Source of the DNA: Rhizodiscina lignyota
Lineage: Eukaryota
Reading direction: 5' to 3'
Assembly: GCA_010015805.1 (NCBI GenBank)
Contig: ML978121.1
Span: 2,294,001 to 2,358,000 of the forward strand
DNA: 64,000 nucleotides
Shown here one piece after another: positions 12,524 through 23,472 of the stretch. A model generated the notes under the pieces. That model searched no databases and was not told the DNA's origin. It saw only the letters and a list, made by a program, of their open reading frames with translations. Position 1 is the stretch's first letter. Each line of letters opens with the position of its first letter. Both the position numbers and the translations under genes were made by a program.

Positions 12524-13987
12524 ATGAGTACGAACGGAGCGACAAATGCAACTGGTCAGGACAGTCTCACTCGTCTCACTGCCCGGCGACTTAGACAGAT
12601 TGCTTCTAATAATGTGCCGACACATCTTAAGGAGAAAGCAGCACTTGCAGTCCTCGACTATCTTGGAGCCGTTGCTTCAGGGTTTCAAGCGCCATGGGCT
12701 CCTCAAGTAGTCCAATATGCTCGGAAACGAAAGGGAGTACCAGAGTCATATGCTTGGGGTTTGGGAGAGGACACCTCAGCAGAAACTGCCGCCTTTGTTA
12801 ATTCTGTCCTGGCTCACAGGTACGAGTCTCATATGCTTTCCCTTCGGTGAAACATTTATTAACATCATTCAAGCGCGATACGAGACGACATGCATCTCAA
12901 ATCCAATTCGCACATCGGCAGCATGGTCATTTCTGCTGCCCTGGCTCTCGCTCAGCGCGAGGGCTGGACTGGCGAGCAGCTGCTTAAAGGCATCATTGGA
13001 GCATATGATGCCGCATCTTTCCTAGGCGTAGCTGTCCAGCAAAGCCCTGGGTATAACCGCCATATTCGCCCTAGTGGTATCTGTGGAGCTTTCGGTTCCG
13101 CGGCTGCTGCAATTGCCGCGACGAATGTTAGCGAAGAGGTTGCTGTTAATGCCCTGGCGTTTGCTGCGAACATGGCGAGTGGCTTCAACGAGTGGGCTTG
13201 GATTGGTGGGACGGAGATTTATGTCGAGATGGGCACCGCCAGTCAATCAGGTATTGCTGCTTTCGACCTCGCAAACGCCGGAATGCAGTGTAGCGAGACC
13301 ATTCTGGAAGGAAGAGCAGGTTTATTTGCTGCGTTTAATGCTTCTCAGGGCGAGTCGCTTTTCAGGAAGGGACTCGCGGGCGAAATAGGTAAAGGTCTGA
13401 TGGATATCCGCTTCAAGCCAGTGCCAGGTTGCAACTATGCTCAGACGCCACTCGCAACTGCGCTGAGGTGCACCAAAAACCATGACCTGTCAGCCGGAAT
13501 CAAACGAGTGGTCGTGGACTGTACGATCGGAGCGAAGAACTACCCAGGTTGCGACAATCCAGGCCCTTTCTCCACCATTCAGGAGACGAAGATGAGCATC
13601 CAATTTGGAGTCTGCGGAGCCTTGTTGAACGGTAATGTCTCCGAGCAGCTCTTCAAGAAATACCATGATGCGACTATCACCAAGATGGCTGCCGAGTGCG
13701 TCGTCGAGGCTGCGAAGGAATATGATCAGAGCTTTAGCGAAGGACGTCAACCTGCGAGAGTAGAAGTGACATTAGCAGATGGCACAACGGTGAAAGAGGA
13801 GCTGCCTGACGTGCCCTGGGTAGATTCAAATGGAGTGGTGAGCCGGTTCTTGGAGGATACCAAACCAATGCTAAGCTCGGAGGACTCGAGGAAGAAAATG
13901 GTTAGTTTGTTTCAAGGTCTGGAAGGGGTAAAAGATGTATCGGAAGTTTTCAATCATTTTAAGCAAGCAAACCAGCTACAGACATAG
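12524..13987 (+). CDS. MmgE/PrpD family protein (2-methylcitrate dehydratase / cis-aconitate decarboxylase-like)
   Basis: Two exons with an intron at ~12820-12872. Motifs AVLDYLG, AAFVN...RDDMH...HIG, LEGRAG, FKPVPGC and KMSIQF. Confidence 0.88.
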
Positions 13988-14656
13988 GAAACATTGATTT
14001 GAGTTAAGACGAGATCGCAAACGAGGATTTTGCGTAGAGCAGTGCATGAAAGGCTGGATCCTAGATATGTCCTATTGAAATGCGCTCTCCAGGACCTGGC
14101 TGAAGGAATTAATTGGTTTCGGGGTTCTCAGACACCTTCCAGTCTCCCGAAAGGTTCCTCTGAAGCCTGGTTATTGATAGCCGCTTAGAAGTGACTGATC
14201 CGCTCAGGTTTATGCACATGTCATTATTGTGCATTTCAGAAAATAGAATCATAACTCGAATCTCGATAGAGATGTTCATACTCGAAGGTAGGTATGACAG
14301 GGTTGTCGCTGAGTTAAAATTTGGCAGATAAGTGGCTTGAAGAAAGGGGGAAGTCGGCTACGGCGAGGTCAGTGCAGAATTATGCCTGGTGGTTTCTTAG
14401 TTCACCTTCAAGTTTGCCTCATCTCGTGATGTGGACCCAATTACAGCTTGATTGGATTGCCAGAAGTTTTTTCATACCGCTGGTGCTTGTTGGGACGAGA
14501 AGAACGTGACGGAATGTTGCTGCGGAGGCGGGAGGTGGGCGCTTCCAGTCGAACATAGCATGCTCTTGTGGCTGTTCTTTTCCCAAAAAGCAAAAAGATA
14601 TCGATCGAGCGTAGAAACTGTCCAAAAATGAATTAAAAAGAAGATGCGAGGGACTA

Positions 14657-14728
14657 TGCGTTCATCGGGAGTCGAACCCGAGCCTATTGCTTGGAAGGCA
14701 ACAATCCTAACCGTTAGACCATGAACGC
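14657..14728 (-). tRNA. tRNA-Gly(TCC), intronless
   Basis: Reverse complement is GCGTTCA TGGTCTAACGGTTAGGAT T GTTGC CTTCCAA GCAAT AGGC TCGGGTTCGACTCCCGA TGAACGC A. It has a 7-bp acceptor stem, a TTCGA T-loop and anticodon TCC; a T5 terminator follows at ~14635-14639. Confidence 0.96.
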
Positions 14729-14942
14729 CGAAAATCACATGAGACGAATTTTTTTTAGTCTATATATAGCGTCTTTTTGTGAACAGCCAGATTTCCACTC
14801 AATTTCGTCCACGAGATGAACGATCTGCACCTGAAAAGTAGTGCAATGGAATTAAAAGCCAGTCGCAAAGTAAATTCAAATGCAAAATAGCAATCTTTAA
14901 TACTATATTGTGCTTGGCTTGCTACGTTTTGCATTCAGCTTT

Positions 14943-15092
14943 GACACAACTCCAACACAGCTTCAACATATTTTTAACACAGCTTCTACACACCTTCAAC
15001 ACACCTTCAACACAACTTCTACACAGCTTTAACACACCTTCTACACACCTTCAACATAACTTCTTAGATATAGCTTACACACAGCTTACACA
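14943..15092. repeat. Degenerate ~11-bp minisatellite (ACACA(G/C)CTTC(A/T)), ~13 copies
   Basis: Repeated units acacagcttca / acacaccttca / acacaacttct are directly visible. Confidence 0.8.
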
Positions 15093-15239
15093 GGCGCGGT
15101 TTCGAGATAGAATCTAGTAATTAGCGCAAGAGTTCTGATCCATGGGACAAAATATATTCTAATATTCTAATGACCCATCCCAAAACCAGAACTCTATAAG
15201 GTATCCTAGAAATCCAAGTCCCGTCTCAAAAAGCGCCCG

Positions 15240-16244
15240 CTAAAGCGCAGAGTTCTTCCCTTCAACCGTGAAGACGCGTTTGATCGCCTCCACTTCATTC
15301 TTGCTCAATCCGCACGCATCGCGAATGTAGCCCTCCGCGCTACCATACATCTTCTTCATCATCTGCAGCGTAGCCAACATGTTATCCTTCGTGCACGTCA
15401 CCATTCTCTCCGCTCCCGCTCTGCCAGGCCCACCCGGCTTCTGGAACTCCTCGTTCGCCATTATGCGCTCCAGGAAGAACGGCTTCATCTCTTTCAGGCC
15501 GATCTCTGTAAGCGTATACTCATGCGCGATCGTGTCGTCGTCAACGCCAAGCAGGGACAGCAGCACTGCGGTGAATACACCAGTGCGATCCTTACCAGCC
15601 GTGCAATGTATCAAGACGCCTTGGTTTGGCTTCGCGGGATCTACGTAAGCTAGATGGCGAAAGATGCGGGCGAAGTTGGGGACGCCGTGCTCGAGGATGG
15701 CCTTGTACGCTCTCGTGAAGCCCTGTTGCGGATCTGCCATGAGTATCATTGGGCCGTACACGCTGTCGGCAACAAACCCCCTGGAAATCTCCGGGGTAGC
15801 TGGTGGTGATCTCACCTCCGTGCCTTCCGTGCCGTACATTTTGTAGCGGAGCGCAACCTGCTCCGGGCCATAGTCCTCCTCCTTGAAGACAGGTGCCCAC
15901 ACCCGCTCAATTGTGCCGTTCCCATCTGCACTCACGTCCTTCAGGCGTTTCTCCCATGCCGCGACATCGCCTTCTGTATTTACGTTCTTGTCCATCTCGG
16001 GCTTTGCCCGGATGTCGAAGATTGTAGATATCCCCAGCTCATCACGCAGGCGCTGTATCGCAGCTGCGTCGCATTTGCAAGGGTCGGCAGCTCTGAAGAA
16101 TATCCCTCTTCGGACTGAGCGTGGTATGGAGGGAGACGCGATCTGATATCCGCCAATGTCTCGGATATTGGGAAGGTTGGTGATTTGAACGAATGGATGG
16201 GAGGAGGGATCCATTGAAGCAAGGGGCGAATGGATCTCAGACAT
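15240..16244 (-). CDS. Protein tyrosine/serine phosphatase (Y_phosphatase3, IphP/PtpB-like)
   Basis: Motifs NIRDIGG, IFFRAA and IFDIR, plus P-loop IHCTAGKDRTG. Probable in-frame 93-nt intron at 15723-15815. Confidence 0.9.
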   Translation of the reverse strand: MSEIHSPLASMDPSSHPFVQITNLPNIRDIGGYQIASPSIPRSVRRGIFFRAADPCKCDAAAIQRLRDELGISTIFDIRAKPEMDKNVNTEGDVAAWEKRLKDVSADGNGTIERVWAPVFKEEDYGPEQVALRYKMYGTEGTEVRSPPATPEISRGFVADSVYGPMILMADPQQGFTRAYKAILEHGVPNFARIFRHLAYVDPAKPNQGVLIHCTAGKDRTGVFTAVLLSLLGVDDDTIAHEYTLTEIGLKEMKPFFLERIMANEEFQKPGGPGRAGAERMVTCTKDNMLATLQMMKKMYGSAEGYIRDACGLSKNEVEAIKRVFTVEGKNSAL

Positions 16245-16654
16245 GAGAAATTAAGGCTAGAAGAAACAAGCCCGATGATGTCTGCGCAAAGAAATCTTGA
16301 CACGATATTCAGGGTCTATCGCGAGCGAATTTCCGCCGTAGGCTGCCGAGGTCGGCCTGTACTACCCCGCGATCCCTCTACTGCAGGGCGGTGAGAAAAG
16401 TGAAAGAGGCTTCGAATCGGCTTTGAGAATTTGAAAACGTGAGAAGAGGTCAATAAATTTTTCAATGTTCTGAAGAAGTACAGATATCTTGAAGTTGAAG
16501 GATGAAGCAGGTGTGAAGCCCAATGACATAAATGCCGAAAAATACGGCCCGAACATGGAAACGCAAAAGCGAACTTTTCCCAGAAGCAATTCAGCTTTTG
16601 GCGAGAAAAAGAATCCCTGCGATGATTCATACACCAGCGCTATCCAAGTGGTAT

Positions 16655-18181
16655 TCATACAACACTGTAAAATTGTGGCTCCTTGTCCGATTGCGTTTGC
16701 TGTTCTTGGTCCTGGCTAGGATCATGGGTTTCGGAAGAGACGCGTTGCTGATTGGCCTCCTTGTTGTCTGCTTGTACATACTCGTCATACGATAGGCCAA
16801 CGTTCTTTGCTTGTTGTCTGGTCTTGCGGGTGCGAAAAAGCCAAACCAAATGGCAGCCGATGATTCCGAATTCGAGAAGGAGCCTGTAAAGACTTAGATC
16901 TCTGACGGTGAGTATGGCTCTGACAGCAGCTTACGCGACAATGTAGGAGATGCCACCTAGCATATCCCAAGTCTTCTGCACAGCTTGGGGTCTAGTCAGC
17001 TTCTAAGCCGTGAAATGAAGCGTTGATATTCCATACCTAAAGCCAGAAGGGAGAACAAAGCGCCAAGGATGTCGATTGTCAAGAAGCGCATGCCTATTGA
17101 TGCAAGAATCAGACAGGCAAGTAATGATACTACGGCCACAAGTTTTACGGGAGACTTACTCAATCCAACAACTCGGCCCTTGCACTTGTAGATTTCCCAA
17201 TAAGGCGGAAGGAGACCGATGGCAAGCATTACTGTGGCGATAATGCTGAGCATATCAATCGGCCACGATACCCCGTGTTTGTAAGGTATCTATATTGCAT
17301 CAGTCACTACTATGGTATGCTTTGAGGTAGTAAAGCGTGGTCGACTCACACGTAGACCAAAGATCAGGACAGATTCCAGAGCCGCAAGTATGCCAGCGAT
17401 ACCCAACCCAGCGAGAGATGCCTTCCAGACAGGCCATTTCCTGAATGGTATCAGCACTGCGCGCTCGTAGACCCGAGGTAGCTACTGCACCTTTGATAAT
17501 AGGCGGTCTGTGACCAGCATATCATGCAAAGTACAATGAATACCTGCGGCTGCACTTGGACGGGGACGTTGAAGTTCTGCACATCATTAGACCTGGACAA
17601 CGCGAACCGAGGAGGTGGTTACTTGAATGATCGCATATGCACCGAGTGGGGGGTGCGCTGGGGTCATCAGCCGTTATCTCATTTCACTATCACCATGCTT
17701 GAACATTACCTGCAGCCCAGAGGAACAACATAACCAAAGGAACGCCATCGGCGCTCTTACGTCTCCAGTTCTTCCATATCCTGTATTCCATTAGAGATTC
17801 AACCACGCAGGTTGTAGAGTGGAGCGTACTGTGGGATCAACTATGAACGTGTTGGAATGCGATAAGCAATGATGACATATCGTGCGTGGATTTGTACCTG
17901 TATACACCAGAATCTTCAAAGAGTGTAAGTAGACTCAATGTGCGTTACGTGGATGACTCGGAACTCACACTGTCCTCTCGTTAGTCTAATTTAATGCAAG
18001 AGATGGTCGAACTTACTCGTCCCAATGAGCTATGCGAGGAATTTCGTGAGTATTAGCGGACAGGAAATATGCCGATGCAACTCACACCCAGAACCGTGGC
18101 TTGCTACTGTTGGTTAGTGGCCATGCAAGGCATGAGAGTTCGCAGGAAGCATACTACGGGGATAGTCTCTTGGGGCACCAT
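16655..18181 (-). CDS. PQ-loop repeat membrane protein (cystinosin/PQLC-type), ~14 exons including micro-exons
   Basis: The spliced product reads MVPQETIPVQATVLGLIGTIFWCIQLIPQIWKNWRRKSADGVP...NFNVPVQVQPQ...GLLPPYWEIYKCKGRVVGL...DILGALFSLLAL. All introns are GT..AG. Confidence 0.88.
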
Positions 18182-19711
18182 CTCTCTTTGACCATATATA
18201 GTGTTTAAAGAGCATTGATGAAGTGGTAATGGGGAAGCAATGAAGGGGGTAGAAGGTCTTAAGGGTAGATTTAGGTGGAGAGCAAACAGAAGGGAAATCA
18301 ATACCAAGAAGCGCTATTATTTTGATTTGACATAGGTCAATCAAGCGCAGCTACCGCAGGACGTAGCTCCTGCTGTACCTCATGTTGAGGTAAGCCCTGC
18401 CGCCCGCCCAATGCGAGAATGTGGAGAAGACGTTTCCGGTCATCAGTTGCCGGATGGAGCTGCCATTCCGTCATCAGATCACCTACAATTGGGTCTGACT
18501 GGCTGAGGAGGAGCTGCCTCAGGATTTGGCTCCATCTTCCAAGACTGTGGGGTAAGCTGAGTGTGAGTGATCGATGGAGACTATCCCTACGAAGCTGCAT
18601 ATTCCCATTTAGATTCGTTCCCTCCTGCATTGGACCAGACGTAGGTAGGGAATGAAGCGACACGCATGTGAAAACCGATAGAGAATTGTGGGGAATAAGA
18701 GACACAAAGCACCACATTTGAGTACAGGAGAGCGTGGTTGTGCAGGAGGGAGGGCTGGAAGGGCTCTAAAGGCACGATGTATACTCCAGGATGCTGCAGG
18801 TTGCTCTGGATGATCCGCGATTGGACGACAGGGCTGACAAGTTCACACAAGGCTAGACCAAAGAGGCTCTGGTCGGCGAATGGGAGGAGGTGGCAGCACT
18901 GGCGGGCTAAAATGGAGTCAAATCCGTGCGGTAAGGCACTCGGTTAAACGTGAACGCAAACGCGCGCCATCAAACAGTATGAACACCGACCGGTGGCGCC
19001 GTTCGCGCTGCCACCTTTGCCCACTTTCCAAGAGATCTGGGAAGGGCGGCACGAGTTACTTGCGCTCCGGTGTGATGGGTAAGCGAGAATATCATTTCCA
19101 AAGGAGAGGCGATGTCCCACGATAAGGGATATTGCGGAGAAGCGTGCACGTCGCGCGTCGAGAGGGACAATTGTAGCTTCGCCACTAGTATCTCTCATGC
19201 TCGATCCCGATCCTGCTAGCCCTTGACCATGATAGTCACACCATCCGTATCCGAAAGGTCCTCAGGGAACGAGTCTAAAGTAGTTCCCGGCGCAAGTCCA
19301 AGGTACTATTTGAAGTCTGATGTTGGTGGTCCATCCGCACGAGAAGTTGGGCGGACCGCTCCAAGCGCGGGAAAATAAAGAAAAGGGGCTCCACATAAAG
19401 ATGACGAGATGGGTATTAAGACAGCAGCGGATATGCTGTGTAACATCCAACATCGCATGGAACGTCCTGTCTCGAACCCCCAGAGATGGCGGCACCGTCC
19501 GCCCGTTACAAGCCGACAATTGCCCACAAGCAGGCGTCACGTGTTGCAAATTTTGCTCGACGTCACGCACTAACTTACTGCAAACGAAACAATCCCGGTA
19601 GAAATTTTACAAACTTGAAAATTCAAGCTTCAATTCAGTTCTGAGGATCATCTACCCTTTCTTCTGATACCTTTTGATACCCTGAGCGCCGGAGCTCATT
19701 CATTCGTTGAG

Positions 19712-20970
19712 ATGACCGAAATCACACATCCCACTATCAAAGGTCAGTCCAAAAGCACCGTGCGCTCGAGGTTGGGCGTCATTCTCCATCACTTCACTGT
19801 CATATGTTCCAACGTGTAACAAGAGTCTCAATTCTAAGAAGAACGCATCTTCCATCCCATCTGCCCATTTCCATTTGCAATTCTTAGTCGACTTCTATCC
19901 TCCGAGCCCAACGACTGGTATTCAATTTTCCTTCCGTTAACATTTCCTCAGATGGCTGGTTCCGCGAGATATCCGACATGTGGCCAGGCCAAGCCATGAC
20001 TCTCAAAGTGAATCAAGTCCTGCACCACGAAAAGTCCAAGTACCAAGACGTCCTGATTTTCGAATCCTCCGACTACGGCACCGTCTTGGTCCTCGACAAC
20101 GTGATCCAATGCACCGAGCGCGACGAGTTCTCCTACCAGGAGATGATCACTCACCTGGCCATGAACGTGCATCCTGATCCGAAAAAGGTGCTCGTCATCG
20201 GTGGTGGCGACGGCGGCGTGCTGCGTGAGGTCGTCAAGCATCCATCCGTCGAGTCGGCGATCTTGTGCGACATTGATGAGGCGGTGATCAGATTGAGCAA
20301 GAAGTATCTGCCCGGCATGGCAGTGGGCTTCCAGCATCCGGCGGTGACGACGTTCATAGGAGACGGGTTCAAGTTCCTCGCGGAGAAGAAGAACGAGTTT
20401 GATGTCATCATCACGGACTCTAGCGATCCTGAGGGACCTGCGGAGAGCCTGTTCCAGAAGCCATATTTTGAGCTGCTGTACTCGGCGCTCAAAGATGGTG
20501 GTGTCATCACCACGCAAGGTTGTAAGCCCCCTCCTTCCCTTGCCTCACTAACAGTGCGCTTTTTCGCAGCGGAGCTGGTGATGTTGTGGAAGCTTCGAGG
20601 GGTTGAATTGGGCTGCCTTGCGTTTGATATATTCTTCTTGTTTCATCCGCAATCGTTTTAATCACTCGAGCTCAAGCTTACGTATGGCGTAGCTGAAAAC
20701 CAATGGCTTCATCTCTCGCTCATCACGAACCTCAAGAAGGCCTGCAAAGAAGTCTTCCCGGTCGCCGAGTATGCGTACACTACGATCCCGACGTATCCTT
20801 CTGGTCAGATAGGCTTCATGGTCTGCTGCAAGGACCCCGATCGCGACGTGACGAAGCCACTCAGGAGCGTCAGTCCGGAGGAAGAAGAGAAGCTGTACAA
20901 ATACTACAGCAAGGAGATCCATGAGGCAGCATTTGTCCTTCCAACCTTTGCACGAAAGGCGTTGAGATGA
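19712..20970 (+). CDS. SPE3: Spermidine synthase
   Basis: Exons 19712-19742, 19952-20518 (or 20521) and 20693-20970. Motifs [37 protein letters not shown] and YPSGQIGF. Confidence 0.97.
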
Positions 20971-21432
20971 TGCACTAATGGGGATGGGACTGGTGGCGGC
21001 GTTCGGTGCGACGAAGTAATGACCTTTGCCTTTGCGGTACTCGGATCAAGGATGGCTGGTGTCGATGATGGTTTCTCTTTTGCTAGATCATGAAACGACT
21101 TCTCGATTAGGTAGTTACTACGGGGAATCTGCTAGCCAAACAACATAGAAAGGAAAATGTAAAGGGGGAATACAATGAAGTTTTCAAAAACCACTGCTCG
21201 CCCTCCACCTGGTGTATCAACATAAGAAAGTTTGTAGTTAAAGGTGATGACCAGCATTGTGTGAGAGAAGTATCCGTTTCGGCCACGCCCTGGGAATCAC
21301 AGCCGCTTTCAACGATCCAAATAAGCCACTTTTGGACCCAATACGCCAGATGTAGTGGGTTGCATCGCTCTGCCCCTTTACTCAACCCACAACTTAATCT
21401 CCCCATACCCCCAACTATGCACTCCTTGACAT

Positions 21433-22978
21433 CTACTCTTCAGGCACACCCTCGTCGCTCAGGGCGTTGCTCTGCTCACGGTGCATCCGTGCCTCGATCT
21501 CCTTAAGCTGTGATTCGCGTGCCAACAGCTCCTGTCTCTTCTCGTTGATCTCGCGTTGTACCTTGACCTCAATCTCACGGAGTTTCTCCTCCTCACGGCG
21601 CAGTTGCTCTTCCTTGAGACGGACAGATTGCGAGGCAAGGTCTTCGGGGTTCATGGAGGAATCACTAGTAACCCTGTGTTAGCAAATAAAATCAAGATCC
21701 TGCAAAAGCTGGCCAGGAGAACATACGCAGCAGCACCACCTTCGACGCTCTTGCTAAGCTTCTCCGTTCGGTAGTTCTCGTAAAGAAAGTCGTGGGTGAT
21801 CTCCTTCAGGTCCGCCAGATGTGAGTGCAGCAGAGCGCTCCTGACAGCCAGGAAATCACTGTGTCTCGGGTTGTCCACCTCTACCACACCCCACGGGTAC
21901 TGCCTTGCCCTAACTCGACGGCCACCAATCTCGACAACATCTTCAGATCCGACAATTGCAAATGGCATCAGGCCACGCAGCTCAGCGTTCTCCTCCACAG
22001 TGTCCTCGTCATCCTCCTCGATGTCGTACGGGAAGTTGTAGACTGGGATACGGTAGTGCTCGATATCCTCCATGACAAGCTTCTTCGACTCGGCGAGCTC
22101 AGCAGGTGTGAGGGAGTCGGCCTTGCCGATAACCGGGATAACGTTGACGCGGGGAGAGAGGCGCTTCATGAGCTCAATGTCAAGCTCGCGGAGGCTGCGA
22201 ATTTAAGTTAGAGACAAGCAAGCCTTCGATAGAGCCAGGTGAACAAGAGATGCTTACCCATGGCCGGTGGGCGTAATGAAGTAGAGAAGAACGTGTACAC
22301 GGTTGTCACGGAAGCGAGGGTTACGCTTGATACGTGACTCCTCGGCAAGGATGTCATCATATTGTCGCTCGAGGTAACCGACGATTTCTGAGAAACTGTT
22401 GTAACTGTTAGCTGGGAACTCTGGCTGCTGTGCTTTTGTGGCGGTGGTACCTGGCCTCGTTGTCTATCTGATCACCAAAACCGGGAGTGTCGACGATTGT
22501 GAGAGAGATACGCGTGCCTTCTTCATCTAATTCGAGCTCTGTCTTTTCTTTAGCATGATCGACCTTGTTGCGCTTCTGTTAACCTGGTAGCGAGCACATA
22601 CCGACTGTGATGGGCTTGATCTTGACACCCTCTTCGACGTGCGCAACAGTTGGGTCATCTGAGTCCTTGTGCTGGAGAACTTTCTTGCCGCAGAGGGTAT
22701 TCACAAAGGTAGTACGACCTGAATCGCAAAATTGAGTTAGCGTGTGAAGTCCACGTCAGGGTCTGAGTAGAGATTGTACCAGTGCCAGACGCGCCGCACA
22801 CCATGAGACAGAACTGGATACCCTTCTTGACATTCTTCTTCCGGCGGATCTTGATCTATAAACGGCCAAAGTCAGCAAAAGTCGCGTGGATCGCATGTGC
22901 GTCGCAGCTGCGCGGGAGAAGTGAGGGTGGAAGAGCGTTTCGCGGGATACGTACGGCGTTCATGGAGGGCGAAGACAT
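21433..22978 (-). CDS. CDC11: Septin Cdc11/AspA
   Basis: Multi-exon. Motifs RRKKNVKKGIQFCLMVCGASGTGRTTFVNTL, DTPGFG, VIGKAD and RQYPWG, plus a C-terminal coiled coil. Confidence 0.95.
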
Positions 22979-23472
22979 AACGCGGTCCAATTGCGAAATT
23001 CCTGCGCGTGCTGAAAGCGTTTTGAGGGAAGGAGGAGGGTAAGTCAAGAGTGTTTCGTGAGGAGGCAGAAATTAAGATTCGGATCGTCGTCGTTACAGGA
23101 GTTGTCACTTCTCCAGAAAAGGGGAAGGCCAAGCCAAGTCAAGGGCCTGCAGAGCCAACAACGCAGTGTCCGTGCGCATCCAACGGAAGGACCCGAGGAT
23201 GCACCTCCCTCCCCTCATTCGCTGCAGCTCATTACCACCAAAGCTTCCATGTATTTTGCTCTCACGACAATTCAGAGCACCGTGGACGGCTGAATCGGAG
23301 CTCCAAAGAGCGCTGGATCTCTGTGCAGAGGCTCAGCATGGCGGACGCAGCAGCTGTGCGAGGTACAACGCGTCACATGCGCTGACCGGGCCATTGCCTA
23401 TCCACCATACACGACTCTTCCATTTGCGCCGCAACGTTCCTAGATCATCTATACTTACAATACCTAGAAGAC

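Noticed and set aside
14943..15092. CRISPR-like array
   Set aside because: Short degenerate tandem units without unique spacers, in a eukaryotic context with no cas genes.
19948..20517. 189-aa antisense ORF over SPE3 (likewise 60814-61665, 44390-45091, 27714-28151)
   Set aside because: Shadow ORFs arising from codon bias of the real gene on the opposite strand.
21660..21680. Alternative in-frame acceptors (CAG/TAG, 9 nt apart) in the last CDC11 intron
   Set aside because: The proximal CAG is only 4 nt from the branch motif and is probably unusable; the effect would be a trivial 3-aa change.
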